A DNA stretch of 64,000 nucleotides, from the sequence record MW349128.1; one strand, 5' to 3'. The position numbers and the translations under genes are program-made. The notes under the pieces are model-generated. The model saw nothing but the letters and a program-made list of their open reading frames with translations. It had not been told where the DNA came from and ran no database searches. How positions within the stretch are numbered: position 1 is the stretch's first letter; each line of letters opens with the position of its first letter. This document shows positions 50,924 to 60,000 of this stretch, piece by piece.

Positions 50924-52258
50924 TTATTTAAAGTTTCTATAGAAATCATCAAGTCCATTAAGAACAGATTCTTCTAAGAAAACTTTAATAGTTTTATTAC
51001 TTTCTTTAATTGAAGCTAATTGAGATCCTTTATCGTAAATGATATTAGATTCATCAGCTTTATCAAATCCCATATCTTCAGCGATATATTTGATATTGTC
51101 TGAATTTTCTTTAATATAAGTTAAAACTTCTCTAGGAGAAAATTCTGTAACTTTACCGTTAGAAAACATATCAATTGATTCATTAACCATTTGTAAATCA
51201 CTAGTATTGTAATTATTATGATTCTCTGAAATTATATTTTGGATATAAGAATCTTGATGTGATGGAATTACACGTTATCTTAACTATATGATTTTCATAT
51301 AGACGAGACTATATCTTCCTAATTTATATTAGGTAATATATTTAGTCGTTGAACGGAATTTAATCCGATGCTGATTATCTTAATAAAGATTTCCAGCAAT
51401 TAATATTATTTATACTAAGCAATAATTTTTTACCCAGTCATACGTACATCTTAGCTATATGGTTTCCATATAGACGAGACTATATCATACTCTTAGTAAG
51501 AGCGAATATATTTAGTCGTTGAACAACTTGTATTAAGTTGATGCTAATTGGCTTAATTAAACTTCTTAGCAATTAATATTCTTTTTCATTATATATCACT
51601 ATATAAAGCTGCTATAATTTAACAGATTAATCTTAAAGGTTTAGTAACTTCTACTTCACCATTAGGTTTTCTTTCTATTTTACTAAAACCACGCATTGAG
51701 AAAGATACATCAGATTTTTGTCCAATTAAACCTTTCATATCCTTACCAGCTGATGTTTGAGCTGTTTCTACTTCTCCCATTAATTTATTACCATTCCACC
51801 AAGTTCTAGTGATAATATGAGAAATATTACGTTGATCAATATACATTTGACGTTTAGGTTCATCACTTAAAGGATGACCTGCAAATTATTATTCTTTATT
51901 ATTTTAATAAAGATTAGACTATATCATCTAGGTTATATATTTAGTCGTTGAACAACTTGTATTAAGTTGATGCTGATTACTTTAAATAAGATTTCAGCAA
52001 TTAATATAATTTAACGTGAGCCATTTTAACCTAAAACTCACCATAAAAAGTTCTTCTTGCTAATTTTTCTTGTACTACTGGACTATCTAAACCACTTTGG
52101 ATAACATCTTTACGATAAACACGACCATTACGGTTTTGTCTATCAGCTTCTTGTAACTCAGCAATGAATCTAACTGATTTATTATTATCTTGAACTACTT
52201 CTGGTTGAGAAGTTGTATTAGATTCATTAATAATGTAAGCTTTAATATCTTTAGACAT
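50924..52258 (-). CDS. Prohead core protease (T4 gp21-like). Spliced: complement join(52036..52258,51622..51881,51432..51442,50924..51272), 280 aa
   Basis: Motifs LQEADRQNRNGRVY, GESGHP, SFSMRG and CYDWVVIPSH are contiguous only after removing three group I introns. The exon sum of 843 nt is in frame. Confidence 0.88.
51273..51431 (-). ncRNA. Group I mini-intron PC (159 nt, no ORF) in protease
   Basis: P1 ACUGGGU/GCUUAGU; P10 GUAAU/AUUAU. P, Q, R and S motifs present. Ends ...taacG. Confidence 0.88.
51432..51442 (-). other. 11-nt micro-exon TATGACTGGGT (Y-D-W-V)
   Basis: Lies between the terminal G of PB and the P1 site of PC, and restores CYDWVVIPSH. Confidence 0.85.
51443..51621 (-). ncRNA. 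Group I mini-intron PB (179 nt, no ORF) in protease
   Basis: P1 CUGU/UA with UAGCAG. P4 covaries (ttgcta/ttagca). R and S motifs present. Ends ...gtacG. Confidence 0.88.
51882..52035 (-). ncRNA. Group I mini-intron PA (154 nt, no ORF) in protease
   Basis: P1 GUGAGU/GCUCAC with U-G; P10 CA/UG. P, Q, R and S motifs present. Ends ...aatttG. Confidence 0.88.
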
Positions 52259-52345
52259 CTATTTATACTTCCTTTCAAATTTTGATTGTAAATTAAGAAT
52301 ATTTCTATGTTATTCTTCTGAATTTAACAATCTTTTATTAGATTA

Positions 52346-53383
52346 ATGAAATATATGATAGGAGGAAAATCTTTGAAAAGTTTTGAAGAAGTAAAAGATA
52401 TATTACTTAATATTAAAGAACAAACGGATGAAAATTCTTTTCCTAATGAAGCTTATGATTATTTAGTTGATATTGAGAAGTATGCTAATATTGATAGTTT
52501 TACGAATGATCAAATTAGAAAAATTGTAAAATATCTAGTAGGTATTAAAGATTCATTAGAAAGATACGAAATTGAAAATGAACAATCTGAAATGGCAATA
52601 AATATGGTTCTTCATAAAATAGAAACTCTTAAAGATAGATATAATACACTTTATATCAATAATCGTATTCCTAATAATGGTTATATTGATAGTTTATATA
52701 AAGAAGATTTTAGTTCAAATAAAAGTGCAGAATTTAATTTTAAACAATTAACTGTAGCTTTAGCTGAAAGTCCTGCTGGTTCTAAATTAGAAAGAAAAGC
52801 TGTTATTAACTTCTTAATGGAAGGTAGTATGAATTATCTTAATGAAGCTTATGATGATGACGATGATGAAGATTATCTTGATGGTCTTGATAGTAGCTTT
52901 GAAACCTCTAAAGAACCTAAAGTTGCTGAAAAGAATTTAAATAAATTAATTGGTTCTGTTAAGAAAGCTACTGCTTCATCTAAAAATATGGATGACAAAC
53001 AATTAGCTAAAGCAAATAGAATTCGTTTTGTAAGAGCTATTTTAACAGCAATAATCTTCTGTATTGGATTAGAAGTAAGTGCTGGTGTTATTGGTAAAGC
53101 TAAAACTGCTTTATTAGGATTATTGGTTGCTATTGTGTATAATAGTACTAAAAATAGTGAACTTAATAGATTAATTATTGTACTAGAAGAAAGAATTCAA
53201 TCATTAGAAAATAAAATCGATTCAACTGATAATGAACAAAAGAGAAAAGAATTAAGAATATTAAAATCAGACTTAGAAGGTCAATTGAAAAAAGCAAATT
53301 TCCAAAAGAAAGCTATAGATAAAACTAAAAATGCTATCTCTCGTGGAGATGTAAATGACAGTGGTAATGACTATGGATATTAA
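52346..53383 (+). CDS. Probable head-associated protein
   Basis: Late promoter at 52326, divergent from the protease promoter; hydrophobic stretch and coiled coil. Confidence 0.6.
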   Translation: MKYMIGGKSLKSFEEVKDILLNIKEQTDENSFPNEAYDYLVDIEKYANIDSFTNDQIRKIVKYLVGIKDSLERYEIENEQSEMAINMVLHKIETLKDRYNTLYINNRIPNNGYIDSLYKEDFSSNKSAEFNFKQLTVALAESPAGSKLERKAVINFLMEGSMNYLNEAYDDDDDEDYLDGLDSSFETSKEPKVAEKNLNKLIGSVKKATASSKNMDDKQLAKANRIRFVRAILTAIIFCIGLEVSAGVIGKAKTALLGLLVAIVYNSTKNSELNRLIIVLEERIQSLENKIDSTDNEQKRKELRILKSDLEGQLKKANFQKKAIDKTKNAISRGDVNDSGNDYGY

Positions 53384-54044
53384 TAGAGATTTACTAACTG
53401 AATCAATAAATAAACTAATGAAACAAAATATTCTTAATGAAGCTGAAGGTGATGAAGATAATCAAGATCAGAATTCATTAGATGATACTGAATCAACTTC
53501 ATCAGAAGAAGAGAATAACGAAGAAACTGAAGAAGATAATTCTAATGATGATTCTAGTGATGATTCTACAGAAGATCAAGAAGAAAATGAAGATGAATTA
53601 GATAGTGATCCTGAACAACCTGAAGCTGAAGAAACTGACACAGATAATCCAGAAGAAACACCTGAAGAAACTCCAGAAGAAACACCTGAAGAACCCAAAG
53701 AAAGTAATTCAGATAAGTTTTTAAAATTACAAATATTTAATAAATTAGTTGAATTAAAAGATGTAATGGACAAATTTAACTACATTATTAATGACAGAAA
53801 TATGGAAAATTTTTCAGATTCAGAAAGAAACGATATGTTTGATATAACTGAATTAACTACAAAATCTCTTGATCAACTTAAAGATAATATAAATTTATTT
53901 AACAATAAATTTATAAATATTGTCGATGTAGATAAATCTGAGAAGTTATATAAAAAATTTGAAAATACTTACAAAGAAATATTTGACAATTATTTAAAAG
54001 AATACAATAAGTTAGAAAGTACAAAAAAGCGTAGTAAAAAGTAA
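53355..54044 (+). CDS. Acidic scaffold-like protein
   Basis: D/E-rich linker with PEET repeats, directly upstream of the capsid gene. Confidence 0.6.
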   Translation: MTVVMTMDINRDLLTESINKLMKQNILNEAEGDEDNQDQNSLDDTESTSSEEENNEETEEDNSNDDSSDDSTEDQEENEDELDSDPEQPEAEETDTDNPEETPEETPEETPEEPKESNSDKFLKLQIFNKLVELKDVMDKFNYIINDRNMENFSDSERNDMFDITELTTKSLDQLKDNINLFNNKFINIVDVDKSEKLYKKFENTYKEIFDNYLKEYNKLESTKKRSKK

Positions 54045-54228
54045 AATAAATGAATTTAATTACTTTTAATAATAGTTTTATTATTCTTTTTAAATTTAAT
54101 AACAATAACATATGAAAGTAAAAATACCCTTGAATATAATGGTTATTTTATTTCTTAACAAATTTATATAATAAAATTAATAATATAAAACTACACGCTA
54201 ATATATTTGAAAAGGAGCAGAAAAAATT

Positions 54229-55824
54229 ATGTTGAGTGCAAATAGAATTAAAGATGAATTCTCTAAACTCTTAGAGGATATCGAACAAAATATCAACGAA
54301 CAGTACAAATTAAGTACAGTTGGTAATGACTTCGCTTCAATTGCTACTGATGACGTAGTATTTGAAAGTTATAAAGATCAATTATTAGAAGGTTTTGATG
54401 AAGAGGAGCAGCTTTCTTTAGAAAGTATGTTAGATAATACTCGTGAAGAAATCTTATTAGAGTCTTCAATGGGACCTATCCAACCTTATGCTTCATTATC
54501 TATGCCTATCTTAGTTAAACTTTGGGCTCGTTTAGCTTTAACTGAAGCTTTACCAACTCAAGTTGCTAATAAACCACAATTCACAGTGCCAATCTTAACA
54601 CCTTACGTTGTAGATGCTGATGGAAACAAACATGCATTACCTGAATCAATTAATAACACACCTGAAACTTTAGTAGGATTAGTTCCTCTTAAAGAAGAAG
54701 TTACAATTTCTGGTGGTAAAGTTGAAGCTTACGATTTATTCGATGGCTTAAAAGAAGGTAAAGAAGTTCGTAAAGGCATTGATCGTGTTGACCGTAAATT
54801 CAAAGTTGTAGAAGCTAAATGGAGCGATTCTTTTGATGTACGTACAAACGAAAAAGGATTTGTTGAATTAGGTTCTCAAGTTATTAAAATGGAAAATGAC
54901 TCTCTAATGGCAGAAGTTAAATACCCTACAAATGGTGACGGTGAAGTTGCTGTTGATACAGTATTAGGTAAAGTTGACGTTTCTAACGGTACTTTAGCTT
55001 TAGCTTCAACTTCTGGTAAATTAGAAGCAATTAAAATTAAAGGTTATGTAGCTTCTGAACAACATACTTCAGCTACTAACATTGAGCTTGGTTTAGATCG
55101 TAAAGATATCACTATCGATACAGCTCAACACATCGAGGCTACAGTACCTCTTGAAGTAATTCAAGATATGAAAGCTACTTATGATATCGATGGAGTTGCT
55201 CGTTTATCTGAAACAATGTCTCAATTATCTAGTCAAAAAGTTGACTTAGATATCATTGAATTCTTAGATCACGAATACGAAGAAACTGATGCTAAATATC
55301 ACTTCAGCTTCGATGTTTATCCACATAGTGATTACAGTGCTCACCCTAAAGATTGGTTAGAAGGTCTACGTGAAGTAATTGACCATACTACACAATCAAT
55401 GAAAAATGATTACAAACTTTACGATGTACAATTCGTTATCGTAGGTAACCCAGTTGACGTTCGTTTAATCCCTAACGTTTCTTGGACATTTAATGGTGGT
55501 ACTGAAGATTCTTACTCTAACGGAATCAAAATTAACTATTCATTAGGTGCTGCTTCAGGTACTGCTAACTACCGTATTATCGGTTCTGACTTAGTTCGTC
55601 AAGGTGAATTGACTATTATTGCAATTCCTCAACAAGACAACTATAAAACATTCATGTTCTACCCTTACACATTCAACGTTGTAAATGGTGGAGGATACTT
55701 GAATACTCGTAACCCTAATGTTCCTAACATGATGATGACTCGTAGATATACAGTTGAATCATTTGTTCCGATCATTGGTCGTATTACAATCAAAAACAAC
55801 AACGGTTCAGTATACGCTCGTTAA
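54229..55824 (+). CDS. Major capsid protein precursor
   Basis: 531 aa with strong high-expression codon bias, two late promoters and a strong terminator. It lies between the protease/scaffold genes and terminase. Confidence 0.8.
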   Translation: MLSANRIKDEFSKLLEDIEQNINEQYKLSTVGNDFASIATDDVVFESYKDQLLEGFDEEEQLSLESMLDNTREEILLESSMGPIQPYASLSMPILVKLWARLALTEALPTQVANKPQFTVPILTPYVVDADGNKHALPESINNTPETLVGLVPLKEEVTISGGKVEAYDLFDGLKEGKEVRKGIDRVDRKFKVVEAKWSDSFDVRTNEKGFVELGSQVIKMENDSLMAEVKYPTNGDGEVAVDTVLGKVDVSNGTLALASTSGKLEAIKIKGYVASEQHTSATNIELGLDRKDITIDTAQHIEATVPLEVIQDMKATYDIDGVARLSETMSQLSSQKVDLDIIEFLDHEYEETDAKYHFSFDVYPHSDYSAHPKDWLEGLREVIDHTTQSMKNDYKLYDVQFVIVGNPVDVRLIPNVSWTFNGGTEDSYSNGIKINYSLGAASGTANYRIIGSDLVRQGELTIIAIPQQDNYKTFMFYPYTFNVVNGGGYLNTRNPNVPNMMMTRRYTVESFVPIIGRITIKNNNGSVYAR

Positions 55825-55851
55825 GAGTAACTTTACTTTTGTTATTTATAT

Positions 55852-55880
55852 ACCCATACATCTCTCTGAGGTGTATGGGT
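55852..55880 (+). terminator. Intrinsic terminator after capsid gene
   Basis: Stem acccatacatctc/gaggtgtatgggt plus T tract. Confidence 0.8.
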
Positions 55881-55908
55881 TTATTTTATAAAAAGAAAGG
55901 AAAATTAT

Positions 55909-57078
55909 ATGGTATCTTTAAAAGAAGAAATACAATTAAATAAAATAAATAAAATAATGAACATCAATGAAGATGCATTTAACTTTGGTAAAAATACTTC
56001 ATTACTAAAAGAAATAGATGAAGAATTTGATTCATTAATTAGTAAATATAATTTTGAAAAATCTGATTTTGATGTAATTGATAAGAATGAATACAATGAT
56101 ATTGCAAAAAGAATATCAGATATTGCTAAGAAATTATTTAACACTAATATGAAATTAAAATTTATTGAAGCCGATAAGCGTGGAAAAGATAAATTTAGAG
56201 TAGGTTCAGTAGCACATACATTAATTAAACCTGAAGATATTAGAAATATTACAGATGGAATCACTAAAATTGTTATTGAAGAAAAAAATGGTATTTACTA
56301 TTCTAAACCTAGAGAAATTGAAGTAAATATTGAATTATCTTCATTGAGATATTTTATAGAAAAGAAAGAATCAGGTCAAAAAGAATTTACTACTCTTAAT
56401 GGTAGAATGTATACCTTTTTATTATTACATGAAATAGGTCATAATTTATTTTTCCCTGTAGAAATTAATGTACTCTCTGGTGGTAAAACTCCTACATTCG
56501 AACTCAAATATAAAGATAATAAACCAGTTCAGTTTAAGTACACTAAAGAAATAGAAGCTGACACTAGAAGAAATAGAGTATTAGCAGCTCCTATGATTCT
56601 TGCAATGTCAACATTAGTAATGTGTTTAACTGCTGTATTTATAGGTGCTAGCATATCAATGGGTTCATTTATGGGAACAGGAATGTTACTAACAAGTGCA
56701 AGTTTCAATAGAAAAACTACTATGGATTATAATCTTTCAGAAAGATCTGCCAACCAATTACCTGCTCTTTATGGATATTCTGTAGAAATGGTTAAATTTT
56801 ATGATTTAGTGTATAAAGCATTTAGAATGAAATCTGAAAAAAGACCTAATAACTTAATAGCTAAAGCTATGAGAGGACTTTTATATCCTATGAGTGGTTT
56901 TATTAAAAGTTATAAAGATTATCCAACAGATTCAATTGATGCAGTTATTAAGACATTAAAATTTGAAATTAGTAACAATAATAATTCTAATGAAGTTAAA
57001 AAAGAACTCAAAAGACAATTAGATGAAATTCAAAGAATAATAAAATATTCTAATAGACTTAATACTAAGACAAGATAG
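55909..57078 (+). CDS. Hypothetical protein with HExxH zinc-peptidase motif
   Basis: FLLLHEIGHNL, with later ERSANQL and a hydrophobic segment. Confidence 0.6.
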   Translation: MVSLKEEIQLNKINKIMNINEDAFNFGKNTSLLKEIDEEFDSLISKYNFEKSDFDVIDKNEYNDIAKRISDIAKKLFNTNMKLKFIEADKRGKDKFRVGSVAHTLIKPEDIRNITDGITKIVIEEKNGIYYSKPREIEVNIELSSLRYFIEKKESGQKEFTTLNGRMYTFLLLHEIGHNLFFPVEINVLSGGKTPTFELKYKDNKPVQFKYTKEIEADTRRNRVLAAPMILAMSTLVMCLTAVFIGASISMGSFMGTGMLLTSASFNRKTTMDYNLSERSANQLPALYGYSVEMVKFYDLVYKAFRMKSEKRPNNLIAKAMRGLLYPMSGFIKSYKDYPTDSIDAVIKTLKFEISNNNNSNEVKKELKRQLDEIQRIIKYSNRLNTKTR

Positions 57079-57092
57079 TAAGAAAGAAGTGA

Positions 57093-60000
57093 ATGAAGAC
57101 TATGGCTATAACAAAATTAAAGAAAAAAATTTATTACGATTATAAAACTAATAACGTAAGCTTTTTAAGAGTTGCTAAAGAACTTAAAGATAATAATATA
57201 CAAAATTATGGTCTACCATTAACTCTATATGATAAGAAATTAATTGGCGTTGATCCTTGGGATGAAGATTTAGATAATGAAATGAAAACTCGTGTTATTA
57301 GGGAAGCTAAACTTAATATATGGTTTTATTTAAGAGAAGTTATCAGAGTTCCAGTTCCAGGTGGTAAGGTAATGTATGAACTTCATAGAGGTAACTTAGC
57401 TATGACGTTTTGTATGCTGCATAATTTAGATACTGCAATAATGTTACCACGTCAGCACTATAAAACATATTCTGCAGTATGTTATTATTCATGGATTATG
57501 TTATTGGTAGGTAATAACTATACAATGTTATTTACACATAAATCATACTCGGACACTACTGAAAACCTTAAAAGATTAAAAAATCTATTCAAAGAGAAGT
57601 GTTTACCTGAATATGTATTAGCTAACTTTGGAGATAAAAATGATAGAGATAAAATTAATGAATTTTCTTTAGCAAGTAATAACAACACAATAAAAACAGT
57701 ATCACCTCCAACAAATGCTGAGAGTAAAATACGTGCTCTCATTAAACTCTATTAACTGCTGAAAAAGATACTAAACCAATCAGCATCAATCAAATTGATT
57801 GTTCAACGACTAAATATAGAGATAATTAATATTATAAGATATAGTCTAGTGTGTATGAATATCATACAATGTATTACGGCAAACAAAGCAGGAAGAGGTA
57901 GCACCGTATGTAGATGCAGTGCATAAAGATTTTTAATTGCTGGAAGACTAATAATGAAGTTAATCAGCATCACTTTAATTAGTGTTCAACGACTAAATAA
58001 AATCAATTTTAATAATTTTTACTGTTAACATTCCTTTATCAGTACGATAACGGAGGGATAAAATGCCTAAAGGTGTTAAAAGTAAAGAAAAATTCATAGA
58101 ACAAAAAAATAAAACTTTTAAAGAAATAAAAGATATCAATGGAGATAAATTTGAAATACTGGGAGAGTATAAAAATTCTAAAGAACCAATTAAATGTCAT
58201 TGTAATATATGTGATAGAGATTTTTTCTTACCTACTGAAAAACTAAGATTAAAAAGAAAATTCTGTAATAGAAAAGATTGTAGATATTCAGAAAAACCCA
58301 AGAATTCTAAAGGTAAAGAAACTTTTTTAATAGAATTAAAAGATAAGTTCGGATTTAATTATACTTATATTGAAGGATTCAATGGAATGAATAAAAAGTG
58401 TAGATTCCGTTGTGGAAAATGTGGAAATATAAGATATTTTGCAAAGCCTTCTACTCTAATGGATAAAAGAAAGAAGTATAATTCAGTAAACTGTAACAGA
58501 TGTATAAATAATGAAAATTATATCATATTAGATAGTCAAGAATTATCTAAAAAGACAACAGAAGAGTTTCAAGGTGAATTAGATATGATATTTGGATATA
58601 ATAAATTTAATGTGTTAACTGAATATACTAGGAGCAAAGATTATATCTATTTGAAGAGTAATGACTGTGGACACAAATTTAAAACGAGACCAGATGATAT
58701 ACTTAAAAGAAAAAGATGTAGTGTATGTTCTAAAAGTATAGGAGAAATTGCCATCATTGAATTACTTCAAGAGAATAATGTAGAATATGAGAATGAAGTT
58801 ACTTTTGAAGGATCTAGTTTTAGATTTGATTTTTATTTTAAAAAAATAAATACTGTAGTTGAAGTAGATGGAAAAGGTCATATAAAAGGTTATGGAAATT
58901 TCATTAATGATAAAAGAAACAAAAGCAAAAGAACACCTGAAGATATAAAAAAATTAGATAATGAAAAAGATGAATTTATAAGAAGCAAAGGAATAAATAT
59001 GATACGTCTCCCTTACCAGAATAGAATAAATGAAGAATTAATTATCCCTATGAAAAAATTATTAAAATTATGATATAGTCTGATCTGCATGGATTATCAT
59101 GTAGTTTAACGTAAATGACCTATGGTTTGGCTTGATGAGTGGGCGTTTATACCGCATAATCAAGTAATGTTTGAAGCGATGAGTAAAAAGGCTCCATCTT
59201 TATAGAAATATAGATGATGAATAATATTAACTGCTGAAAAGTTTAAAAACCAATCAGCATCATTAAATAATGTTCAACGACTAAATTTATTAAATCTTAA
59301 AAAGATTATGATATAGTCTGATCTGCATGGATTATCATGCAGCTAACATAAATGACCAGCAATAAGTACAGCTTCAAGAATTGCAAAAGAAAATGGTTCT
59401 CCTTATGGACTTCTTATCACAACTACACCTAAAATGACTGGGTGAAGATAAATTAAAATTTATCTTAAGGACTTTATTAATTGCTGAAAGGTCCTTAGAG
59501 CTTAATGAGCTACAACGTGACTGGCAACAGTGAGCGTGATATGCTTAAAAATCATTAAGATTGGAAAATCAGCAGCTAATTTTCAATTTAATAAATTATT
59601 AAATCAATAATGAACAACTCTTTATACAAAAGATGTAGGAGTTGGTAATTTTGGATTTTTATGAAAAATTAAATAAAAAATTTGATAACAGTATAATAAC
59701 AAAAGAAAAATATATAAACGGCAATGAAAAGATTAAATTCTATTGTAAAAATTGTAAAAATTATTTTTATTCTAAACCTAGAAAAATTATTGAATCATCT
59801 TATAAATCATGTCATTTATGTAGGAAAAGGGAAAAAGAAAATATATTTAGGAATAATCTCATTAATATGATAAATAAAGAAATATATGAAATTATTGAAA
59901 TGAAAGATCCTATAAAAAATAATGAAAAATTTTCTTTAAAACATAAAGAATGTGGAAATATCTTTTCTATATCAGTGAGTAATTTTAAAAAAGGAAGAAA

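Noticed and set aside
51619-51846. Treating 52031..52258, 51619..51846 and 50924..51190 as three genes
   Set aside because: They are exons of one protease, and the internal ATGs lack an RBS.
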